Shown here one piece after another: positions 30,795 to 38,924 of a stretch of DNA of 64,000 nucleotides. Under the pieces are notes generated by a model. It saw nothing but the letters and a program-made list of their open reading frames with translations. It was not told the DNA's origin and did no database searches. The DNA is taken from NCBI GenBank assembly GCA_963820835.1, contig CAWGBP010000036.1:32046-96045 (forward strand). Direction: 5' to 3'. Origin of the DNA: Pirellulales bacterium (GTDB lineage Bacteria > Planctomycetota > Planctomycetia > Pirellulales > JADZDJ01). The position numbers were made by a program, and so were the translations under genes. The first letter of the stretch is position 1, and the number at the start of each line of letters is the position of its first letter.

Positions 30795-31028
30795 GATGCT
30801 GAGCAAGGTTTGGAAAGCGGCGGGTGGCAGCTTGCGGGGTTGTCGAGGACGACGGGTGATGGCCCCAGCTTCTTGGGATGGTATGCCTAATATCTAAGAC
30901 GTAGCCGGGTGTGCGATTGTTCCCCCCGAGCGCACAGGAGCCGCTAACTTTCGGTCCAATCCAGTTACAGAAGGTTAAAAACCGCTGACCATCACAGAAT
31001 TTAGGCGGTTAGCCAAAGCAGAGCAACC

Positions 31029-32306
31029 TCAGTCGCCGATTAGCGTCTTGAGATCGCGGAAAAAACCGGGATACGTTTTTTCAGTGCATCTGGGATCTTG
31101 GATGACAACGCCTGGCACTCGCAGACCAACCAGTGACAAGCTCATTGCCATGCGATGATCGTTATAGGTTGCAATTTGGGCGCCGACGAACTTCCCGGGA
31201 GTAATTCGGAAACCATCGGATCGTTCCTCCACCGTCGCGCCGAGCTTTCGCAGCTCAATCGCCAGATTGCCAATGCGATCGGTTTCCTTGTGACGAATGT
31301 GGGCGACGCCTGTGATGGTGGTTGGCCCGTCGGCAAAAAGGGCGACTGCGGCGAGCGTCTGCACCGTATCGCTGATCGCGCTCATGTCGACTGCAATCCC
31401 CCGCAGCGGCTTGCCGACAACGGTGATCGAATCCGTCTCGTACTGAACCTGGCAGCCCATCTTAGCCAGGCATTCGCAGAAACCGACATCGCCTTGCAAA
31501 CTGTTGCGCGATAGTCCCTCGACGGTTACTTCACCGCCGGTTATCGCCGCAGCGGCGAAGAAATAACTCGCGGCGCTCGCGTCGGGCTCGATCGCGTATT
31601 GACGGGCGCGATAACGACCTTGCGGCACGGCAATTCGCGATAAAGTGTTCACGGACACGTCGACGCCGAACGCCTGCATGACTTCGAGCGTGAGTCGCAC
31701 GTAGGGTTGCGAAACAAGTTCCCCCTCGACGACCAACTCGACCGGCCGCCGCGAATAGGGGGCCGCCAACAAGAGGCCGCTGAGGAATTGGCTTGAAATG
31801 TCGCCCCGAATATGGGCGATGCCGCCGGGTAATCCGTCGGCATGGATCACGACCGGCGGGCACCCATTGCCCGACTCGCTTTCGGCACGCACTTCGAGAT
31901 GAGCCAGCCCATCAAGCAGATCTTGTATGGGGCGCTCGTGCATCCGCGGCGAACCGCTGATGCGGAACCACCCGTGCCCGAGTGCGGCAAGCGCGGTTAG
32001 AAACCGCGCGCTCGTGCCGCTGTTGGCGATGTACAATTCCGCTCGACTCGCGGGAATATCGCCACCACAGCCGTAAACGTGCAATTGCTCAGCAGAAGCA
32101 CCTTCGGTGACAGCGATTTCCAGCCGCCGAAGCGCGTGAACCATTGCGCGCGTATCTTCGCTGTCCAGAGCACCGATAAGCGTCGATTCTCCCTCGGCCA
32201 ACGCGGCGCAAATTAGCGCCCGGTTCGTGATACTTTTGGAACCCGGCGGGCGAATTCGACCGACGATGGGCTTTTTGACGGGAATGATCTCGAGGCTTTC
32301 CATCAA
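31029..32306 (-). CDS. aroA: 3-phosphoshikimate 1-carboxyvinyltransferase (EPSP synthase)
   Basis: 425 aa with PGSKSITNRALICAAL, ANSGTSARFL, DHRMAMSLSLVGL and the C-terminal KTYPGFF motif. Confidence 0.95.
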   Translation of the reverse strand: MMESLEIIPVKKPIVGRIRPPGSKSITNRALICAALAEGESTLIGALDSEDTRAMVHALRRLEIAVTEGASAEQLHVYGCGGDIPASRAELYIANSGTSARFLTALAALGHGWFRISGSPRMHERPIQDLLDGLAHLEVRAESESGNGCPPVVIHADGLPGGIAHIRGDISSQFLSGLLLAAPYSRRPVELVVEGELVSQPYVRLTLEVMQAFGVDVSVNTLSRIAVPQGRYRARQYAIEPDASAASYFFAAAAITGGEVTVEGLSRNSLQGDVGFCECLAKMGCQVQYETDSITVVGKPLRGIAVDMSAISDTVQTLAAVALFADGPTTITGVAHIRHKETDRIGNLAIELRKLGATVEERSDGFRITPGKFVGAQIATYNDHRMAMSLSLVGLRVPGVVIQDPRCTEKTYPGFFRDLKTLIGD

Positions 32307-32456
32307 CGGCAGCTCGGAAGGTGGTCGGTATTTGGCGCGCGCCTGCGATCACAGTTGAACACTGGCGACATTATTGTAGTCTATCTCTCAAGACTGGAAA
32401 CCGCGGATTGAAAGTTGCGCAATCTGAATCGTTTAGGCGCAGTGCGCCGAGTTGCT

Positions 32457-33638
32457 ATGGATTATGAGTTTTTCGCACCACCGCAAATTCTCTTTGGCTG
32501 GGGCCGCCGGCGCGAAGTGGGCGCGCTCGCCGCATCGCTCGGCCGGCGCACATTCGTCGTTAATGGTTCCAAGACGCTTGAGCAAAACGGCGCGCTAGCT
32601 GAACTACTAAAGAACGTGCGCTCGTCAGGCGTAGAAGCAGTTCACATTGTTTCCATTTCGCGCGAACCCGAAGTGGGCGATGTTGATGAACTTTCGGCCA
32701 AGTTGGTTTCGGAGAATGTTAGAGATGGCGATTCGATCATCGGCATCGGCGGCGGGTCGGCCGTCGATTTGGCCAAAGCCGGCGCTGCTATGGCCACCAA
32801 TCGCAAAAGCAATACGGTGGCCGACTATCTGGAAGGCGTGGGCCATGGTCTGAAAATTCAAAACGCCCCGCTGCCCGTGCTGGCCATACCCACCACGGCC
32901 GGCACCGGCAGTGAGGCCACAAAAAACGCGGTCATCAGCAGCTCCGATCCGCCGTTTAAGAAAAGCTTGCGTTCTAACCAAATGGTGCCGCGAATCGTTT
33001 TGATCGACCCCGAATTGACGACGAGTGCCTCGCCTGAAGTTACGGTCCACTCCGGAATGGATGCCATCACGCAACTGATCGAAAGCTTCATTTCGCGGCG
33101 CGCCAAGCCGATTCCGCGGGCGCTGTGCATCCAAGGATTGCAACTTGCAATTCCAGCATTGCCCGTGGCCGTGCGAAAAGGAGATGATCGCGCGGCGCGC
33201 GAAGCGATGGCACATGCCGCGTTGCTTTCCGGCATGGCGCTCGCCAACTCTGGCCTTGGACTGGCCCACGGCGTTGCGGCGGCACTTGGCTCTGTTTGCC
33301 AGATTCGCCACGGGCTGGCCTGCGCAGTCATGTTGCCAGCGGCGATTGAAATCAATCGTGCGGTTAGTGAAGAAGATTTAGCGATCCTAGGCCGCACGGT
33401 CTGCGCCGCTAAGAAACGCGCCGATCTAACTTCCGACTCCGCCGCCACCGAGGCCTTCATCAATTGCATCCGTCAGCTTGGCCGCGAAATCGGCGTTCCG
33501 ATACGACTTGGCGAACTAGGCGTACGGCCCGATCAAATTCCCGCGCTGACCGCAGGTTCACGCGGCAACAGCATGGCCGGAAACCCGCGCGAGGTCTCCG
33601 ATCTAGAACTCGCACAAGTGCTTCGGTCGATGCTATGA
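32457..33638 (+). CDS. iron-containing (group III) alcohol dehydrogenase
   Basis: ATG at 32457. Motifs GIGGGSAVDLAKA, PTTAGTGSEAT and the metal-binding region HAALLSGMALANSGLGLAHGVAAALG. Confidence 0.88.
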   Translation: MDYEFFAPPQILFGWGRRREVGALAASLGRRTFVVNGSKTLEQNGALAELLKNVRSSGVEAVHIVSISREPEVGDVDELSAKLVSENVRDGDSIIGIGGGSAVDLAKAGAAMATNRKSNTVADYLEGVGHGLKIQNAPLPVLAIPTTAGTGSEATKNAVISSSDPPFKKSLRSNQMVPRIVLIDPELTTSASPEVTVHSGMDAITQLIESFISRRAKPIPRALCIQGLQLAIPALPVAVRKGDDRAAREAMAHAALLSGMALANSGLGLAHGVAAALGSVCQIRHGLACAVMLPAAIEINRAVSEEDLAILGRTVCAAKKRADLTSDSAATEAFINCIRQLGREIGVPIRLGELGVRPDQIPALTAGSRGNSMAGNPREVSDLELAQVLRSML

Positions 33639-33695
33639 AAAGGCCCAACTCGCCTGCCAATTGCACTGTCATTGTTCGCGTTCTAAACTTAATAC

Positions 33696-34034
33696 ATGGA
33701 TCAACTCGTCGAAAAACAGCATATCGTTTGCACGCCCGGCACGTGCGGCGGAAAACCGCGCATCGATGGCACGCGGATTCGCGTGCAAGATGTGTATATT
33801 TGGCACGAAGTCAGAGGTCAGAGCGTCGAAGAAATTGTGACAAACTTCCCGCATTTGACACTGGCCGATGTTCACGCGGCCTTGGCCTACTATTTCGACC
33901 ATCGAGACGAAATCAAGCGGCAGATCCAGGAAGATCGAGAATATGTCACGGCCTTAAGAGCCAAACTCGGGGCCGGACCATTGGAAAAAATGCTCCAAGG
34001 CATGGACGATTCCAATGCTCCGAATCCATCTTGA
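33696..34034 (+). CDS. DUF433 domain protein (antitoxin-like partner)
   Basis: CGGKPRIDGTRIRVQDVYIWHEVRGQSVEEIVTNFPHLTLADVHAALAYY is the DUF433 signature. Its 3' end overlaps the next ORF by 20 nt. Confidence 0.85.
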   Translation: MDQLVEKQHIVCTPGTCGGKPRIDGTRIRVQDVYIWHEVRGQSVEEIVTNFPHLTLADVHAALAYYFDHRDEIKRQIQEDREYVTALRAKLGAGPLEKMLQGMDDSNAPNPS

Positions 34035-34236
34035 TGAGAGCGTGCCTAAGGCTGTTGCGCTGGCTTTGCGTAAACGCGGCATCGACGTAACCATGCCCGC
34101 CGACGTTGGACTATTGGCGGCCGCCGACGAAGAACAGCTCCAATACGCCTTTATCTCGGGCCGCTTTCTGTTCACGCACGACCGCGACTTTCTCGCGCTC
34201 GCGGAGGGTGGCGCAAAACACATGGGCATCGCTTAG
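34015..34236 (+). pseudogene. DUF5615 (PIN-like) protein, 5' fragment truncated by an IS insertion
   Basis: MLRIHLDESVPKAVALALRKRGIDVTMPADVGLL...FLFTHDRDF is DUF5615-like. The frame ends at a TAG created by the TTA|G junction with the IS left end. Confidence 0.8.
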
Positions 34237-35142
34237 AGCGTGTTTGTAAATTGAGAACTTGCATGAGATTGATGAAAAAGGTACGGCTCCATCCCCTTGT
34301 TGTGTTTCTAGAACACGGATGGAGCCGCACCCATGGACGGGCGAAAGTATCCCAGCGATTTGACCGACGAGCAATGGCAATTGATCCGACCTTTGTTGCC
34401 CCCGACGAGCCGCGTGGGACGGCCTCGCCAAGTCTGCCGTCGGCAGGTGATCAATGCCATTTTGTATGTGAATCGCACGGGCTGTCAGTGGCGTCAGTTG
34501 CCGCGCGACTTTCCCAACTGGCGAACGGTTTACCATTTGTTCTGGCAATGGCAACTGTGGAACCTGTGGCAGGAGATTCACGACACGCTCCGCGGGCGAG
34601 TCCGTCGCGCCGAGGGAAGAAAGGCAAAACCCAGTGCTGCGATTGTCGACAGCCAGAGTGTAAAAACCACGGAAGTCGGCGGAATTCGCGGGTACGATGC
34701 CGGCAAAAAAGTCACCGGCCGCAAACGACATGTGGCGGTCGATACGCTGGGGCTGATCTTGGCGCTGGTCGTGCATCGCGCCGATGTGCAAGACCAAGAT
34801 GGCGCGCGAATGCTGCTGGACCAAATGCGGCAGGGCTTTGGCCGACTGAAGGTCATTTTCGCCGATGCAGCCTACGCCCGCAGTGGATTGCCCGAATGGG
34901 TGAAAGCCACCTTTGGCTGGGTCTTGCAAACCGTGCTGCGGCCGGTTGGGATTCGAGGATTCGTGGTGTTGCCCAAACGCTGGATCGTCGAACGGACGTT
35001 TGCCTGGCTTTCACGCTGCCGCCGCAACAGCAAGGATTACGAACGAACCGTACGCTCCAGCGAAGCCATGCTCCACATCACTATGATTAACCTCATGTCA
35101 CGCCGTCTGGCACGGCTCAAAACCTAATTTACAAACACGCTC
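34236..35142 (+). mobile_element. IS5-family insertion sequence (907 bp, single transposase ORF)
   Basis: Perfect 17-bp terminal inverted repeats GAGCGTGTTTGTAAATT sit at 34236-34252 and 35126-35142 (reverse complement). They are flanked by a TTA direct duplication at 34233-34235 and 35143-35145. Confidence 0.9.
34333..35127 (+). CDS. IS5-family DDE transposase (264 aa)
   Basis: N-terminal YPSDLTDEQWQLIRPLLP...INAILYVNRTGCQWRQLP and a DDE region (AIVDSQSVKT, KRHVAVDTLG, FADAAY, VERTFAWL) typical of IS4/IS5 transposases. Confidence 0.92.
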   Translation: MDGRKYPSDLTDEQWQLIRPLLPPTSRVGRPRQVCRRQVINAILYVNRTGCQWRQLPRDFPNWRTVYHLFWQWQLWNLWQEIHDTLRGRVRRAEGRKAKPSAAIVDSQSVKTTEVGGIRGYDAGKKVTGRKRHVAVDTLGLILALVVHRADVQDQDGARMLLDQMRQGFGRLKVIFADAAYARSGLPEWVKATFGWVLQTVLRPVGIRGFVVLPKRWIVERTFAWLSRCRRNSKDYERTVRSSEAMLHITMINLMSRRLARLKT

Positions 35143-35143
35143 T

Positions 35144-35251
35144 TACTGTCATCAAGATGCTCGCACCATCGGCCAAATTGTGCGCCACCTGACACTTTTA
35201 GCCGACCGCTTTGAACCGGCCGACATGAACGGGAAGATCGAATTTTTGTGA
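35144..35251 (+). pseudogene. DUF5615 protein, displaced 3' fragment
   Basis: Removing the IS and one TTA copy restores ...GAKHMGIA-Y-CHQDARTIGQIVRHLTLLADRFEPADMNGKIEFL* in the frame of 34015..34233. Stop codon is at 35249-35251. Confidence 0.8.
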
Positions 35252-35394
35252 AAGTTCACAAGAGACGACGCAAGAACGTAGTGCGTGATCTCCCACGACG
35301 TCCATTCAACACGGTGACCGGCTTGAAAGTCGTTAAGAAGCTCACCGATCTGAAGGGCAGCTAGCGGATTAGTCTGGCAATTGAAGCCCGACCG

Positions 35395-35560
35395 TAGAAG
35401 GCCGGCCGCCGTGGAGTCACCCTGTCGCTCGCTTTCGCGCTCGCCGAGCAGTCGCTCCCTCCCTGCGATATTCCCGCCGCCGGCTCGCGCGGAGACAGCA
35501 TGGCCGGAAATCCTTGGGAGGTATCCGACGACGAACTGGCGCAAAATCTCCGATTAATGC
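35395..35560 (+). pseudogene. remnant of the 3' end of a second Fe-alcohol-dehydrogenase-like gene
   Basis: It translates to ...LAEQSLPPCDIPAAGSRGDSMAGNPWEVSDDELAQNLRLM. The intact ADH C-terminus reads LGELGVRPDQIPALTAGSRGNSMAGNPREVSDLELAQVLRSM, which is 22 of 27 identical over the core. There is no start codon and an in-frame stop lies upstream. Confidence 0.7.
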
Positions 35561-35693
35561 CATGCACAGCGGGAAATACGAATGAAAACGTAGGGACTGG
35601 CGAGAGTGCTAATTGCGCCCTAGACTGCAATGAGGTTCGAATCGGATCCGCAATACCCACACAAACCAAATAAAGAAGAACAAGGAGTTTCGC

Positions 35694-36062
35694 GTGTCGA
35701 AAGCACCAGAAGATAAGGAAGGGAATCGCTCGGGCCTGGAAGCGGCGGTACCTGCCCCTGCGGCCCCCGAAGTGCAGCAGCCGCAGCGTCAACGCATTGA
35801 AGTGAAGGACGCCGGTGCGGTTACCTCGTACGCCAATTTCTGCCGCGTCACCGGCACGCCGGAAGAACTCATTATCGATTTTGGGCTCAACCCGCAGCCG
35901 GTTGGCATTCCCAACGAGCCGGTGGTCATCACGCAGCGAATCGTGACGAACTACTTCACAGCGAAGCGAATGTTGCACGCGCTACAGCTTACCGTCGCTC
36001 GGCACGAAGAGGCATTCGGCGTGCTGGAAACCGATATCCAGAAGCGGCTCAGACAACGATAA
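35694..36062 (+). CDS. DUF3467 domain protein
   Basis: GTG start with AAGGAG about 8 nt upstream. SYANFCRVTGTPEELIIDFGLNPQP...VVITQRIVTNYFTAKRMLHALQLTVARHEEAFG matches the DUF3467 pattern. Confidence 0.8.
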   Translation: MSKAPEDKEGNRSGLEAAVPAPAAPEVQQPQRQRIEVKDAGAVTSYANFCRVTGTPEELIIDFGLNPQPVGIPNEPVVITQRIVTNYFTAKRMLHALQLTVARHEEAFGVLETDIQKRLRQR

Positions 36063-36154
36063 ATGATGAATGATAATCGCGGCGGAACAGTGGCGGATTT
36101 TGCCAGTTCTCCTCGAATATCGTTTATCAACAAGCATCTAACGTTCTAAATTAC

Positions 36155-36472
36155 TCAGTGCATCCCGCCCATCATGCGCGCCCGGGCCATGGCATCTTCA
36201 GCTTCGGGAATTTTTCCTGCGCGCTGATAGGTGACGCTTAGCGCGGTGAAGCTAAAGGCGTCGTTCGGTTCCAATTCACAAACGCGGATGGCATGTTTGA
36301 TTGCCTCGTCATGCCTCTTTTGCCGCGTGAGAATGACCGCCAGTGCCGAGTGGGCCAATGCATAATTCGGATCGGCGGCTAATAGCTCATTGAGCTTTGC
36401 TACAGCCTCGTCCAGCTTGCCGGCGTCTTTAAGCTTGTCGGCTTCATCGTATAGTTCGTGGCTTGTGGCCAT
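36155..36472 (-). CDS. small TPR-repeat protein (105 aa)
   Basis: Three TPR-like helix pairs: AVAKLNELLAADPNYALAHSALAVIL..., EAIKHAIRVCELEPNDAFSFTALSVTYQRAGKIPEAEDAM. Confidence 0.75.
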   Translation of the reverse strand: MATSHELYDEADKLKDAGKLDEAVAKLNELLAADPNYALAHSALAVILTRQKRHDEAIKHAIRVCELEPNDAFSFTALSVTYQRAGKIPEAEDAMARARMMGGMH

Positions 36473-36824
36473 TGCTCTTGCTCCTTACTTTTCGCGTTCA
36501 GCCTTTCCAGGTTGACGACCCGATCAGACTTCGACATGAAAGTCCAATCTACGTCCACAGGCTGCTCACGCCCAAGCACCTAAAAAACACAACTTAATCG
36601 GAACAATTTAACACCCGGCGCGCTGCTAGCCAACGCCCGCGGCGGTGGAATCGCTTGCCTGGTTGCAATTCGAGCTACATGCGGCTGAACCCCTGCGGCG
36701 GGCAAAGCCGATAAACCCGTCAGGCGCGTAACTGTACGCATGGCTTGCCATTCTCGTTGAGCACGATCAATCGGACGCGCCCCCCCACCTTTTCAGCCCA
36801 CCAAAACACACAGGAACTTCGCCG

Positions 36825-37784
36825 GTGAATATTCATCCCTTGGCAGTCGTCAGTCCGCAGGCCCAAATTGCTAGCGACGTTCGGATTGGCCCCTTTGCTG
36901 TGGTGGAAGACGATGTTTTGATTGGGCCGGAGTGCCAAATTGCCGGGCATGTCGTCATTAAAAACGGCGTTCGGTTGGGACCGAAAAATAAAATTTGCGA
37001 AAGCGCGATCATCGGAGGTTTGCCGCAGCATGTGCGGTGCCCCGACGAAATTGGGCAGGTCATCATCGGCGAAGAAAACACGATTCGCGAGTTCTCCACG
37101 GTGCATCGGGCGATCAAACCTGAGGCCGCTACGACGATCGGTGATGGCTGTTATCTTATGGCCGGCGCGCATGTTGCGCACGATTGCCGCTTGGGCAGCA
37201 ACATTATTCTCGCTAACAATGCGCTGTTGGCCGGGCACGTGACGGTCGACGATCGGGCGTTTATTTCGGGCGCCGTCGCTGTGCATCAGTTTTGCCGGAT
37301 TGGGCGAATGGCCATGATCGGCGGCCATGCCCGCGTGGTGCGCGATGTGCCACCATTTGTCACGATCGACGGCACGTCCGGCGATGTGGTGGGCTTAAAC
37401 CTGATCGGATTGAAGCGAAATGGCTTCACGCAGCAACAAATTAGCGAGCTTAAGGCGGCCTATCGTGTGATCTATCGAAGTGGGCTGCCGTGGCGTGAAA
37501 TGTTGGAAAAACTGACAACCGATTTTGCCGACGGGCCCGCAGGGCCGATGGTTCAATTCTTCCATGGTGGATCGCGTGGGTTTACGCAAGAGCGCCGTCC
37601 GCCGCGCAGCGTGACCTTGAAGCTGCGTAAAGATATGGACGAACTCGAATCGCCGGCCGCGCCACTTAGGTCCGGCGAGGGTCACTCATCTGAGTCGGTG
37701 CCGCGCACCTCGACGGCGATCTCGGTACTTCCGGTTCTCACCGCCATGCAACCGGCCATGCAGCGCATTGCGAAAGCGGGCTGA
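36825..37784 (+). CDS. lpxA: acyl-ACP--UDP-N-acetylglucosamine O-acyltransferase with a ~55-aa C-terminal extension
   Basis: GTG start. Left-handed beta-helix hexapeptide repeats (IHPLAVVSPQAQIASDVRIGPFAVVEDDVLIGPECQI...) are followed by the LpxA C-terminal helical domain (GLNLIGLKRNGFTQQQISELKAAYRVIYRSG). No lpxD, fabZ or lpxB is adjacent. Confidence 0.88.
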   Translation: MNIHPLAVVSPQAQIASDVRIGPFAVVEDDVLIGPECQIAGHVVIKNGVRLGPKNKICESAIIGGLPQHVRCPDEIGQVIIGEENTIREFSTVHRAIKPEAATTIGDGCYLMAGAHVAHDCRLGSNIILANNALLAGHVTVDDRAFISGAVAVHQFCRIGRMAMIGGHARVVRDVPPFVTIDGTSGDVVGLNLIGLKRNGFTQQQISELKAAYRVIYRSGLPWREMLEKLTTDFADGPAGPMVQFFHGGSRGFTQERRPPRSVTLKLRKDMDELESPAAPLRSGEGHSSESVPRTSTAISVLPVLTAMQPAMQRIAKAG

Positions 37785-37821
37785 TTTGCGTTTTCGCCGA
37801 TTCGGCGGCGTGCCACTCATC

Positions 37822-38592
37822 TCAAGCGTCTTCGCGGTGGATTGCGGTAGGACCCACTCCGACCTGATTGGTCGGCATGATGATCATCTCTTGAATATTC
37901 ATATGCGCTGGGCGATCGAGGCACCAGACAATTGACTCCGCGATGTCTTTGGCTTTGAGCGGCTCGAAGCCCTTGTAGAACGCTTTGGCTTTGGCTTCGT
38001 CTTGAAGCCGAACGTGGAAGAATTCCGATTCGACTGCGCCCGGCTCAATGTTAGTAACTCGAATTCGCTTGCCATGCAGATCTTGCCGGATGCCTTCGGA
38101 AATGGCCCGCACGGCAAATTTGCTGGCGCGATATACAACGTTGCCGGTGGCGACCCAGCGGCTGACGACGGAGCCTAAATTCACAATATGGCCGCTATTG
38201 CGCGCAAGCATGTGCGGCAGCACAAGGCGCGTCATGTACAGCAGGCCTTTGATGTTCGTGTCGATCATTTGATCCCAATCTTCAATTTTGCCAGCATTGA
38301 TCGGATCGGCGCCGCGTGCCAATCCGGCGTTGTTGACAAGAATTGAGACTTGCGAGACGAAATCCTGCTTAGTTCTGACGGCGGCTTCGCATTGGCCGTA
38401 ATCGCGCACGTCGAACACGAGCGGTTCGACTTTCACTCCGTGCTCAGAAACTAGCTGTTTTTGAAGCTGCTCTAAGCGATTACGCCGCCGGGCGGTGATG
38501 AGCAAGTTCACGCCGCGCGCGGCAAGTTGCTCGGCCACAGCGTGGCCGATGCCCGAGGAAGCGCCTGTAACGATGGCCCATGAGTTCTTCAT
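37822..38592 (-). CDS. short-chain dehydrogenase/reductase (YdfG-like NADP-dependent)
   Basis: ATG at 38592 with AAGGAA upstream. Motifs TGASSGIG, NNAG and the YRASK catalytic motif. Confidence 0.88.
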   Translation of the reverse strand: MKNSWAIVTGASSGIGHAVAEQLAARGVNLLITARRRNRLEQLQKQLVSEHGVKVEPLVFDVRDYGQCEAAVRTKQDFVSQVSILVNNAGLARGADPINAGKIEDWDQMIDTNIKGLLYMTRLVLPHMLARNSGHIVNLGSVVSRWVATGNVVYRASKFAVRAISEGIRQDLHGKRIRVTNIEPGAVESEFFHVRLQDEAKAKAFYKGFEPLKAKDIAESIVWCLDRPAHMNIQEMIIMPTNQVGVGPTAIHREDA

Positions 38593-38924
38593 TGGTGATT
38601 TCCTTTTATGCGAACGAGATCGGTTTTCAAATGTGTTCAACGTTCTAGCCTGCACGCCTGAAAGCCACTTGGCTCCACAAGCTGAAAGTATCCGCCGTGT
38701 GGGAACGCTTCAATGACCCCATTGTTTGCCGTAGTTTAGCGTTTAATCCTGGCGCAACGATTGTATCGAGGACCCAGTGGCTCTGGTGTAAAAATGCAAC
38801 GCACATCTCGCGGAAGACTTTGCCGACAGGGTAGAATTTCGGAGCGAGGCCGGCGCTGGACTGACCGGCTATCGCACTACGCCCATCATCACGCGCAGAG
38901 TGAACGACATCGTCGCAAAGCCCA

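Noticed and set aside
34111-34929. 272-aa ORF antisense to the IS5-family transposase
   Set aside because: The transposase frame has the complete DDE-type motif set. The antisense ORF crosses the IS boundary and has no motifs.
35152-35978. Minus-strand ORFs 35152-35544 and 35361-35978
   Set aside because: They overlap the DUF5615 3' fragment, the ADH ghost and the DUF3467 gene, which all have homology-type support on the plus strand.
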